Positions 1-7,153 of a stretch of DNA of 64,000 nucleotides are shown one piece after another. Origin of the DNA: Acutalibacteraceae bacterium. Its GTDB lineage: Bacteria > Bacillota > Clostridia > Christensenellales > CAG-138. Numbering within the stretch: position 1 is the first letter of the stretch; each line of letters starts with the position of its first letter. The stretch is taken from the NCBI GenBank assembly GCA_963640685.1, contig CAVIAA010000003.1, positions 389 through 64,388 on the forward strand, read 5' to 3'. Position numbers and translations under genes: made by a program. The notes below the pieces were generated by a model. It searched no databases. It saw only the letters and a program-made list of their open reading frames with translations, and was not told where the DNA came from.

Positions 1-119
1 TTGTTCTGCACGATTCTTAACGAATTTATTTCTGCGCTTGATTGCTCGTCATAATCTTCGCAAGCGATATTTCCAACACTTTCTTCAACAGATTCTCTAT
101 AATCCTCGATTGCGTCATC

Positions 120-386
120 ATGGCGCCGGATATGGTCAGGCCTTACCAAACCTATCGGATTCCGGTTGTCTGGGAATCATGGGGTGTTCTGAGCATAGAC
201 GCCGGTTCTCTTGAACAAGCGGCAGCCCTTGCGTTGGATTCCGAGATGCCTCTGCCCGATCAAAAGGAATATGTGGACGAGAGCATTCGTGTTGATTGGG
301 AGAGCGTTGGCGGATGTAATGCTCCTATGCCGGATGATTCGGCGGATATGCTCTGCGTCCGAGGTCATCTCGGACAATCAGAGTGA
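120..386 (+). CDS. Hypothetical small protein (element cargo)
   Basis: Open frame with plausible codon usage. The start was moved to an internal ATG at 120 because residues 1-26 of the 42..386 ORF look like non-coding read-through. No clear RBS and no recognisable motif. Confidence 0.35.
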   Translation: MAPDMVRPYQTYRIPVVWESWGVLSIDAGSLEQAAALALDSEMPLPDQKEYVDESIRVDWESVGGCNAPMPDDSADMLCVRGHLGQSE

Positions 387-544
387 ACAACGCAAGAACA
401 ATATAGTTAAGAAGCGGCCTGATCGCAGGTAACTTTTTTTGTGGAGTCTCCGTATAGTTCAAACAAGCAGCGGATAACATATTAACTAATACTTGATTAT
501 GTCGCTGATATGGGTTAAAATATTAGCTGTAAGGAGATGACACC

Positions 545-808
545 ATGAAAACGCCGAAGGAACTGAGCCTACTGATTGCAGCGAATGTGCGAAAACGCAG
601 GAAGGGGCAGAAGCTATCCATGCAGGATCTTTCAGACAAATCCGGCGTCAGCTACGGGTCTATCAAACGGTTTGAAAGCATCGGTGAGATCTCTCTGACC
701 TCGCTGCTGAAAATCGCTGTTGTGTTGGATTGTGCGGACGGCTTCGAGCAGCTGTTCGCGGAAACGGAAATACGCTCGATACAGGAGATCATAGATGGAA
801 AGGTATAA
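545..808 (+). CDS. hipB: XRE-family helix-turn-helix protein, HipB-like antitoxin
   Basis: 87 aa with an HTH_3-type segment (LSMQDLSDKSGVSYGSIKRFE). RBS AAGGAGA lies upstream. It overlaps the downstream HipA-like gene by 14 nt, the classic hipBA order. Confidence 0.8.
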   Translation: MKTPKELSLLIAANVRKRRKGQKLSMQDLSDKSGVSYGSIKRFESIGEISLTSLLKIAVVLDCADGFEQLFAETEIRSIQEIIDGKV

Positions 809-1934
809 GGTATTGGAAGCGTTCATTGGCGAGCGAAAGGTCGGAACATTGGCGCTGTACAAGGGGCGTCTTGTGGCATTTGAATACAATGAAGGCTGGC
901 TGCGTGAAGGCTTTTCCATTAGCCCTTTCAGCCTGCCCCTGCAAAAGAAGGTGTTCATCCCGAAACCCGACCCTTTCGACGGGCTGTTCGGCGCCTTTGC
1001 CGACAGCCTTCCCGATGGCTGGGGCCGGCTTCTCGTAGACAGGATGCTCAACCGTGAGCATGTTGACCCGCATGAGGTGGATATGCTGAACCGGCTGGCC
1101 ATCGTAGGCGATTCCGGTATGGGTGCGCTTACATACCTGCCTGTGCATCAGTGGAAAACGGAGCAAGCGCAAATAGATTATGACCGCATGGCGGAGGAAT
1201 GCCGAAAGGTATTGGAGTCCGAATACTCAAACGACTTGGATATGCTGTTCCGGCTCGGCGGTTCATCCGGCGGCGCGCGGCCCAAAATACTGACCAAGAT
1301 AGACGGCGAGGATTGGATCGTCAAATTCCCCGCGTCTATTGACAGGCGTGATGCGGGGCTCATAGAATACCGCTATTGTGAGTGCGCAAGAAAATGCGGT
1401 CTGGAAGTGGCTGAAACCAGGTTGTTTCCATCCGCAAGATGTGAGGGATACTTTGGCACAAAGCGCTTCGACCGTATAAAGCGGCCGGATAGCACAATAA
1501 GGCGCGTCCACATGCTGTCCGTATCCGCGCTGCTGGAAACCTCGCATCGCATACCGAACCTCGATTATAGAACGCTCATGACGCTGACGCTGGAGATGAC
1601 AAAGGATTACTCCGAAGTGGAAAAGATGTATCGGCTCATGTGCTTCAACGTGTATGCGCATAATCGGGACGACCACTCCAAAAACTTCACCTTCTTATAT
1701 GACGAGGACCGGCAGGCGTGGAAGCTTTCTCCGGCATACGACCTAACTTACAGCAATTCGCTGGGCGGCGAGCACGCCACCAGCGTAAACGGCAATGGCC
1801 GCGATCCGTCCAGAAAGGATATTCTCGCCATAGCGGAGCACATTGGCATTGCAAAGACGAAAGCGAAGCAGATCGCCGATCAGGTCGAAGCTGCCGTTGC
1901 GGACGTACTCGGCAATGTCAGCCAATACAGGTGA
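795..1934 (+). CDS. hipA: HipA-family serine/threonine kinase toxin
   Basis: N-terminal HipA coupling domain (VGTLALYKGRLVAFEYNEGWL...SLPDGWGR). C-terminal kinase core with GGSSGGARPK and catalytic-loop NRDDHSKNFTF motifs. Translationally coupled to the upstream HTH gene. Confidence 0.85.
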   Translation: MERYKVLEAFIGERKVGTLALYKGRLVAFEYNEGWLREGFSISPFSLPLQKKVFIPKPDPFDGLFGAFADSLPDGWGRLLVDRMLNREHVDPHEVDMLNRLAIVGDSGMGALTYLPVHQWKTEQAQIDYDRMAEECRKVLESEYSNDLDMLFRLGGSSGGARPKILTKIDGEDWIVKFPASIDRRDAGLIEYRYCECARKCGLEVAETRLFPSARCEGYFGTKRFDRIKRPDSTIRRVHMLSVSALLETSHRIPNLDYRTLMTLTLEMTKDYSEVEKMYRLMCFNVYAHNRDDHSKNFTFLYDEDRQAWKLSPAYDLTYSNSLGGEHATSVNGNGRDPSRKDILAIAEHIGIAKTKAKQIADQVEAAVADVLGNVSQYR

Positions 1935-1951
1935 TCGAATAGGAGAAACGG

Positions 1952-2146
1952 ATGAACGGACAGAACAGAGCCGATGTGAAGGTCGGCGCGCGGGTCAAAA
2001 TCGTGCTGAAGGCAGACCAACGCACGGGTAAGCTGACTGAGGGCGTTGTAGAGCGGTTGCTCACAAAGAGCAGCTTCCACCCGCATGGTATCAAGGTCAT
2101 GCTGACGGACGGCCAGATTGGCCGGGTGCGGGAGATTATTGAGTAG
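1952..2146 (+). CDS. ywbE: YwbE family protein (DUF2196)
   Basis: 64 aa. The pattern KQDQRTGKLTEG...HPHGIKV.L.DGQIGRV is characteristic of the YwbE/TIGR03833 family. RBS AGGAGA lies 6 nt upstream. Confidence 0.75.
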   Translation: MNGQNRADVKVGARVKIVLKADQRTGKLTEGVVERLLTKSSFHPHGIKVMLTDGQIGRVREIIE

Positions 2147-2165
2147 AAGCCGAGCAAGGCTTGCA

Positions 2166-2194
2166 TTGACGGATGAAAACGGCGATGGTATAAT
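2166..2194 (+). promoter_or_regulatory. Sigma-70-type promoter: TTGACG, 17 nt spacer, TATAAT
   Basis: -35 at 2166-2171, exact 17-nt spacer, consensus -10 at 2189-2194. Confidence 0.6.
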
Positions 2195-2199
2195 GCTTG

Positions 2200-2289
2200 T
2201 GTAAAGTATCCAAGCCATTCCGCTGGAAAGGCACAGTTTCCAAGTATCATCAGCGTCCATGGGCATATTGCCTCTGGGCGCTTTTTTTG
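2200..2289 (+). ncRNA. Candidate ~90-nt non-coding transcript, or attenuated leader, upstream of the integrase gene
   Basis: Bounded by the promoter at 2166-2194 and a hairpin plus T7 terminator at 2252-2289. It contains no ORF with an RBS. Confidence 0.3.
2252..2289 (+). terminator. Intrinsic terminator
   Basis: Stem AGCGTCCATGGGCA / TGCCTCTGGGCGCT with a 3-nt loop, followed by TTTTTTT. Confidence 0.55.
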
Positions 2290-2392
2290 TTCCAGCTCAC
2301 CCTATCATTGAGCATAAGCAGGACTCCAACAGGAGGCCTGCCTTTTGCATATCATGGCGGGTTCACCGCCGAAATACGAAAGGAGAACCACA

Positions 2393-3892
2393 ATGCAACC
2401 TTGTTTGGACGATTTCAACACGACCTTCGACGACTACGCCGCAATGCAGACCTATCATGCCCGGCAGACCCGCGAAAGCAGGTGGGCGCGCAGGACGGTA
2501 TCCGGCTTGCACATCGAGCCATTGGACGAGGCCTCGCCGTTGTACACTGACGACAAAGCCTTCGCCCCGGACGTATCGCAGGTGGCCGTCAGCGACACGG
2601 CAAGGAACCTTGGCCTTGCGCTGCTGACAGAGGACGGGTATACACAGAACAAGGGAACCTTCATTATTCCCAAGAAGACTACTGTAAAAGATTTCCTTAG
2701 CGATTTCGTATCGCTTTATGGAGAAAGGAAATGGGGCGTATCTGCTTATGCCACTAACACGCGATTGATTGAAAACTATATCAATCCCGCTATTGGCGAC
2801 ATGCAGATGCAGGCTGTAACCACGATCGTCGTAGACCGGTTTTACAAGCAGCTCGAAAGAACAAAGCCGGTAGAGTGCAATGGCCGAAAACCCAGAACCG
2901 AGAAACTGACTCCGGCGAACATTGAAAAGATCCATAAACTGATCCGTTGTGCCTTTGATCAGGCAGTGCGCTGGGAAGTGATCGGCCGCAACCCGTTTTC
3001 TGGGGCGCTCATTCCGAAGCACGTTGCGAAGAAAAGAGCAATGTGGACAATACAGACGATTGTAAAAGCAATGGACGAATGCACTGACGCAAAGCTATAC
3101 CTTGCAATGAATCTTGCTTTTGCTTGTTCAATGCGTGAGGGTGAAATACTGGGGCTGCAATGGGACAGAGTGCATATCAGCGATGCCGACATAGCAAATG
3201 ATGACGCGCATCTCTATGTCGATTGCGAACTTGCCCGGGTAAATAAGCAAGCGATGGAGAAGTTGGAGGATAAGGGCATTCTGTTTAAGTTCCCGTCAAT
3301 AATGTCTAACTGCAGGAGTACGGTTCTGGTTCTAAAGGTCCCAAAGACCGAAAGCAGTGTGAGAAAAATATGGATTCCCAAGACGTTGGCCTATATCCTC
3401 CGTGAATGGAAAAAATCACAGGATAACCTGAAGGAAATGCTGGGAGAGGAGTTCATTGACTACAATCTCGTGATCACACTGCCCAATGGACGTCCATGCG
3501 AGGGAAAGTTGATCGAGGAGAGCTTTGTCCGTCTCAAGAAAAGCGCAGGTTTGCCGGATGTAGTCTTTCATTCACTCCGAAAGTCGAGCACAACATACAA
3601 ACTCAAGTTGAACCACGGCGACATCAAGGCTACCCAAGGCGATACGGGGCATGCGCAGGCCGACATGGTTACGGAGGTCTATGCGGAAATACTTGATGAA
3701 GACCGTAAGGTAAACGCACAGAAGTTTGAGTCCATGTTTTATGCCAACCCCGACTTGCGCAATGTCGCGCCGCCGCAGGAAACGACGCCCGGATTGGATC
3801 TTGCCGGATTGATCGATCAGCTTCAGAAGTCACCCGAATTGGCCAATGCGCTGGCTAGAATCATCACTTTGCCTAACGCAACAGCAAAATGA
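2393..3892 (+). CDS. int: Tyrosine-type site-specific integrase
   Basis: SAM-like N-terminal core-binding region (DFLSDFVSLYGERKW...ENYINPAIG). Catalytic domain with a HSLRKS...GH...Y-type C-terminus (FHSLRKSSTTY...GDTGHAQADMVTEVYAEI). The start was set at ATG 2393, 8 nt after the AAAGGAGAA RBS. The gene is adjacent to a tRNA gene. Confidence 0.85.
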   Translation: MQPCLDDFNTTFDDYAAMQTYHARQTRESRWARRTVSGLHIEPLDEASPLYTDDKAFAPDVSQVAVSDTARNLGLALLTEDGYTQNKGTFIIPKKTTVKDFLSDFVSLYGERKWGVSAYATNTRLIENYINPAIGDMQMQAVTTIVVDRFYKQLERTKPVECNGRKPRTEKLTPANIEKIHKLIRCAFDQAVRWEVIGRNPFSGALIPKHVAKKRAMWTIQTIVKAMDECTDAKLYLAMNLAFACSMREGEILGLQWDRVHISDADIANDDAHLYVDCELARVNKQAMEKLEDKGILFKFPSIMSNCRSTVLVLKVPKTESSVRKIWIPKTLAYILREWKKSQDNLKEMLGEEFIDYNLVITLPNGRPCEGKLIEESFVRLKKSAGLPDVVFHSLRKSSTTYKLKLNHGDIKATQGDTGHAQADMVTEVYAEILDEDRKVNAQKFESMFYANPDLRNVAPPQETTPGLDLAGLIDQLQKSPELANALARIITLPNATAK

Positions 3893-3897
3893 TGCTT

Positions 3898-3958
3898 ATT
3901 AGCAGGTTTTCAAAATCTATTAGCAAATTGCTCAAAACGGTTCGTTTCCCGATTAGCA
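3898..3958 (+). repeat. Three direct ATTAGCA repeats (candidate arm-type recombinase-binding sites)
   Basis: ATTAGCA occurs at 3898, 3919 and 3952, with spacings of 21 and 33 bp. All three lie between the integrase stop and the tRNA 3' end. Confidence 0.35.
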
Positions 3959-4017
3959 GTTTTTTCGGCGAGAGAACTGTGGGCAAGAACAAGATGACAA
4001 ATGGGTGAGCGAAATGT

Positions 4018-4058
4018 CAAAAAGAAAAAACCACCAAATATTCAAGGAAATTCGGTGG
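4018..4058 (-). terminator. Intrinsic terminator downstream of tRNA-Arg
   Basis: Hairpin CCACCGAAT/ATTTGGTGG followed on the minus strand by TTTTTTCTTTTT. Confidence 0.55.
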
Positions 4059-4061
4059 TTT

Positions 4062-4138
4062 TGGCGTCCCCGGCGCGGCTCGAACGCGCGGCCTTTCGCT
4101 TAGGAGGCGAACGCTCTATCCTACTGAGCTACGGAGAC
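4062..4138 (-). tRNA. tRNA-Arg (anticodon CCT)
   Basis: Reverse complement GTCTCCG TA GCTC AGTAGGATA GAGC G TTCGC CTCCTAA GCGAA AGGCC GCGCG TTCGAGC CGCGC CGGGGAC G CCA folds as a canonical cloverleaf. The CCA end is encoded. Confidence 0.9.
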
Positions 4139-4180
4139 ATGTATTGATTTTCCAAAGTTTCAGCCCGTTTGGTTTCCGGT

Positions 4181-4229
4181 CACCTCACACTTAGGAGGCG
4201 TGCGCTCTATCCTGCTGAGCTAATGGCGC
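4181..4229 (-). pseudogene. Truncated tRNA-Arg(CCT)-like 5' half (acceptor 5' strand, D arm, anticodon arm; no T arm or 3' acceptor strand)
   Basis: GCGCCAT TA GCTC AGCAGGATA GAGC G CACGC CTCCTAA GTGTG AGGTG is followed by sequence that cannot form a T arm or pair with the acceptor strand. Confidence 0.6.
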
Positions 4230-4271
4230 TTGTGTAAAACCGAGGGGCTCAAGGCGAGTGTACGTCCTCCG

Positions 4272-4312
4272 CCTTAGGAGGCGAACGCTCTATCCTGCTG
4301 AGCTACGGAGAC
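4272..4312 (-). pseudogene. Truncated copy of the first 40 nt of tRNA-Arg(CCT), ending at the anticodon loop
   Basis: Matches the intact gene at 39 of 40 positions (hand count) up to ..CTCCTAAG, then diverges. No anticodon-stem 3' strand and no T arm. Confidence 0.6.
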
Positions 4313-4327
4313 ACACATAACATTTAT

Positions 4328-4356
4328 ATTATATTCGCGCAGAGGCGTTTTGTCAA
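4328..4356 (-). promoter_or_regulatory. Consensus sigma-70 promoter (TTGACA, 17 nt spacer, TATAAT) reading into the tRNA fragment/tRNA array
   Basis: -35 at 4351-4356 and -10 at 4328-4333 on the minus strand, with an exact 17-nt spacer. The predicted start is about 9 nt upstream of the fragment at 4312. Confidence 0.65.
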
Positions 4357-4406
4357 TTGTATGTTGCGGCGGCACAAAGGCAAGTTTGTATAAAAAATAT
4401 CCCTTG

Positions 4407-4435
4407 TTGACATAAGGTGCGCTTAGCGTTAGGAT
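4407..4435 (+). promoter_or_regulatory. Putative promoter: TTGACA, 17 nt spacer, TAGGAT
   Basis: -35 at 4407-4412, -10 at 4430-4435, upstream of the 4512 CDS. Confidence 0.4.
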
Positions 4436-4511
4436 AATAGTGTCAACTCTGAATTATAGCTTGTCGGCTTGCCGATAATAACAATAAACCAATTTATTAT
4501 CAGGAGGAAAT

Positions 4512-4979
4512 ATGGATTACCCAAAGACAGGCACCGAAACCTACGTCAGCTTCTCTATTTCCAACACCATGCTGGAAGGCCTCGGCAAAAGCACCATAAC
4601 CCGCGAACCGGTATCGGCGGACTACCTTAAGGACCTTTTTGCAAAGCACGGCGTAATCGTCTCCATAAGGCCGGAGCAGCAGCCCCTTCTCCGCCGGGTA
4701 AACGAGCTGTACGACCTTGGGCTGGAGATTCCCGAAAGCCTCAAGATAATCCAGCTTTCGGAGCAGCACAGGCGGCTGGTCGTCATAACCGCGCAGGGGC
4801 TTCAGCGCAAGCACGGCGCGCTGCTGCCCAGCTATACCGACGAGGAGCTGCAAGAGGCCACCTTCGGCTTCGATAAGTTCTATGTGCAGACCCGCCATTA
4901 CGACGAGCTTGTTAAGGAGAACGAGGAGCTTCGCAAGAATCTCGATGCCGAGATCGCCTGGCGCACCCGCGACGATTGA
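4512..4979 (+). CDS. Hypothetical protein, possibly DUF1874/YddF-like with a C-terminal coiled-coil tail
   Basis: Strong RBS AGGAGGA lies 5 nt upstream of the ATG. The 155-aa ORF is followed by a terminator. The family assignment is only a recollection of the pattern (..ISNTML...VS.IRPEQ..LL...LG.EIP...I.L......LVVITAQG...) and is unverified. Confidence 0.6.
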   Translation: MDYPKTGTETYVSFSISNTMLEGLGKSTITREPVSADYLKDLFAKHGVIVSIRPEQQPLLRRVNELYDLGLEIPESLKIIQLSEQHRRLVVITAQGLQRKHGALLPSYTDEELQEATFGFDKFYVQTRHYDELVKENEELRKNLDAEIAWRTRDD

Positions 4980-5010
4980 TGACCCGACTTATATCCCTTG
5001 CTTCATTTCG

Positions 5011-5037
5011 GGGGCGGTGCTGCCGTCCCTTTTTTGT
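5011..5037 (+). terminator. Intrinsic terminator
   Basis: GGGGCGG TGCT GCCGTCCC followed by TTTTTTG. Confidence 0.55.
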
Positions 5038-5046
5038 GCCCTGATA

Positions 5047-5085
5047 TAAAAAAGAGCCGCCCGTTTGGGCAGCCCTTTGATTCAA
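5047..5085 (-). terminator. Intrinsic terminator of the TauE/SafE gene
   Basis: On the minus strand, GGGCTGCCC AAAC GGGCGGCTC is followed by TTTTTTATATC. Confidence 0.55.
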
Positions 5086-5098
5086 GCCATATTGCTTA

Positions 5099-5995
5099 TT
5101 ACGCCTGCTTTGCCTTGAGGTCCTTTGCGCGGTCGCGGAACATGGTGTAAGCGGTCCACAGCATGACTACGCTGATGACGTAAATCAGAGCCTTCATGGG
5201 CATGCTGGTGATTATCTTCCATGCGATGAATACGCCGATGCAGCCGCCGATCATGTTGCCGATGGTCGCTACTACGTCGTAGCGGCTCTTCTTGATGAAC
5301 ACAATGGAGTTAGCGGGCATGAGCAGAGCGCAGGAACCCATGAATACGGGGAAGCAGGTGGTTGCGGAGCAGCCGAGCAGCAGGCAGGTCGCCATGCAGG
5401 GTGCATACAGGCCGAAGCCGATATCCATACAGGCACCCCAGAGGAAGTTCAGGCCAACGGCGAGCCAGAACTGCCATGCAGCAGGGGTGAAGCCGTTCAG
5501 AGTGCCGATGGTGCCGAAGGGGCCGACGCCGGCGTTCTTGCAGGCAAGTATGATGCCGGTGCCGAGCATTGCGAGGCCAACGGCAACACGGATCTTGTTA
5601 ACGTCCCACTTGGTAACTATCTCGGCCATTACATAGGCGCCGATCATGGCGGCTACGCACATGGATACGAGGAATATGGGCTCGCAGTCAACGGTGTTGG
5701 TGAAGATCAGAGCCTCAAAGATAACGGGGAAGGTATCGCCGACGTTCAGGGTGCCGGGGATGTTGATATCGTCCACGTTCTTAAAGGTCTTGTACATGAA
5801 GGTGGAGGGTGCGAAAGAGCCGCAGCCGAGGGTATCGAGGAAGTTTGCCAGGATACCTACGAACATGCCCTGTGCCCAGAGCTTGCCGCCCGCCTTGGAA
5901 CATTCGCCCTTGTGGTTCTTGTTTACGTCAACGATGAGGTCAACAGCGATGCCTACGAAGCATACTGCCAGAACGATTTGAAGTGCCAGTACCAT
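5099..5995 (-). CDS. TauE/SafE-family (DUF81) anion-exporter-like membrane protein
   Basis: 298 aa, polytopic and very hydrophobic, with Gly-rich TM helices. It has the two-repeat architecture typical of the sulfite-exporter TauE/SafE family. RBS GGAGGAA is present. Confidence 0.6.
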   Translation of the reverse strand: MVLALQIVLAVCFVGIAVDLIVDVNKNHKGECSKAGGKLWAQGMFVGILANFLDTLGCGSFAPSTFMYKTFKNVDDINIPGTLNVGDTFPVIFEALIFTNTVDCEPIFLVSMCVAAMIGAYVMAEIVTKWDVNKIRVAVGLAMLGTGIILACKNAGVGPFGTIGTLNGFTPAAWQFWLAVGLNFLWGACMDIGFGLYAPCMATCLLLGCSATTCFPVFMGSCALLMPANSIVFIKKSRYDVVATIGNMIGGCIGVFIAWKIITSMPMKALIYVISVVMLWTAYTMFRDRAKDLKAKQA

Positions 5996-6127
5996 TCAGA
6001 AATTCCTCCGTGTTTAATATAGATTATTTAGTCCCTGCGCTGCCTTTGTCTCTTTTCGGCTCAGCTCGCAGCATTTCCCCTATGCAGCGGGCATCTTACC
6101 GTAAATTCTCCGGCAGAGCATGATTGA

Positions 6128-6156
6128 ATTTTAACGAGATTGTGAAATTTCGTCAA
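6128..6156 (-). promoter_or_regulatory. Promoter TTGACG, 17 nt spacer, TAAAAT for the TauE/SafE gene
   Basis: -35 at 6151-6156 and -10 at 6128-6133 on the minus strand. It implies a 5' leader of about 125 nt. Confidence 0.5.
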
Positions 6157-6398
6157 TTTTACTGTGATATCATATCGGGAAGAAAGTCCGCCGTAAACTT
6201 TCGCTAAAATAAAATTACTCGGCGATATCGCGATTATGCCCGACGTGCATCCCGCTTATTTTGCCGCAATCACGATTTTTTCTGATTTTTACGGAAGCAG
6301 ATGTCTGTTTACAAATCCTCTCCGCTCCGTTAAAATCTATTTGGCTGCTTTATGCGCCGCAGTATTTATTGTTAAACTAAAAGGAGAAACCAACAACA

Positions 6399-7127
6399 GT
6401 GGAGGATCCACGCAGCACGCTGTACGACCACGTCGGCAGCAGAATACGCTTCTATCGCAAGCTGAAGAATATGACGCAGGATCAGCTCGCAGCGGCGATA
6501 CACAAGAGCGAATCGACCCTGTCGAAATACGAAAGCGGGCAGATATCCATAGACATCGGCGCGCTTTATGATATCGCATCCGCGCTCGGAACGGATATGT
6601 CCCAGTTCGTAGACTATGCTGTGCCAAAGGAAGCTGCGCGCCTGCCTGTTTCCAACCCCTTCAGCAACAGCGACGCGCTCTATATGTACTATTACGACGG
6701 TAGGCTGAAGCAGGTCACAAAGACCCTGCTGACGCTTCAAAACGATCAGGCGCAGCTCAACGAGATACCCTGCCGCTGCTATATGCACCTTGCCTCCTTT
6801 GCAGAGCCGGAGAAAGCGAAGTTTTTTTACACCGGAACCATGAATCATTTTGATCTGGTATCCTACGCCGTGCTCATGGATCAATCCAACCCGATAGACA
6901 GGCTAAACCTCTGCATACTCAACGCCTTCCACAACAGGGAAACCTGGGGGTTTATGACGGCTATATCCTACAACCCGCTTACCCCGTTTATGGTGAAATT
7001 CCTGCTCTCCTCAAGGCAGATACCTGATGCGCGGGTAACCCCCTCTGCGCTCGCCTTCACCAAGGACGAGCTGAAGATGATAAAGGACCTGAACATGGTT
7101 CTATTAAACACAAAAGGCCTCCTGTAA
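6399..7127 (+). CDS. XRE-family transcriptional regulator with an uncharacterised ~170-aa C-terminal domain
   Basis: GTG start 10 nt after AAAGGAGAA. The HTH segment is LKNMTQDQLAAAIHKSESTLSKYESGQ. The C-terminal domain has no recognisable motif. Confidence 0.8.
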   Translation: MEDPRSTLYDHVGSRIRFYRKLKNMTQDQLAAAIHKSESTLSKYESGQISIDIGALYDIASALGTDMSQFVDYAVPKEAARLPVSNPFSNSDALYMYYYDGRLKQVTKTLLTLQNDQAQLNEIPCRCYMHLASFAEPEKAKFFYTGTMNHFDLVSYAVLMDQSNPIDRLNLCILNAFHNRETWGFMTAISYNPLTPFMVKFLLSSRQIPDARVTPSALAFTKDELKMIKDLNMVLLNTKGLL

Positions 7128-7146
7128 CGGAGACCTTTTTGTTTTG
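7113..7146 (+). terminator. Intrinsic terminator
   Basis: AAAGGCCTCC TGTAAC GGAGACCTTT followed by TTGTTTTG. The stop codon lies in the loop. Confidence 0.5.
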
Positions 7147-7153
7147 CTTTAAT

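Larger units (their letters stand above)
1..4061. mobile_element. Right-hand end of an integrative element (island, ICE or prophage remnant) inserted next to the 3' end of tRNA-Arg(CCT). The left end lies outside the window.
   Basis: A tyrosine integrase gene reads toward the CCA end of a tRNA gene 170 bp away. The cargo is typical accessory content (HipBA-type TA pair, small orphan ORFs). The region looks more AT-rich than the rest of the window (not computed). Confidence 0.6.

Noticed and set aside
1-150. A minus-strand open frame running off the left window edge (..VRPDHIRRHDDAIEDYRESVEESVGNIACEDYDEQSSAEINSLRIVQN..).
   Set aside because: It looks coding-like and acidic. However, its only possible start is a TTG with a weak RBS, and it overlaps the start of the 120..386 ORF. 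Since the window cuts it, it cannot be decided which of the two is real. It was not reported as a feature.
5996-6127. A possible riboswitch in the TauE/SafE leader.
   Set aside because: It was compared by eye with the SAM, fluoride, guanidine, Mn2+, ZTP and preQ1 consensus cores, and none matched. It is kept only as an unexplained structured leader within a finding.
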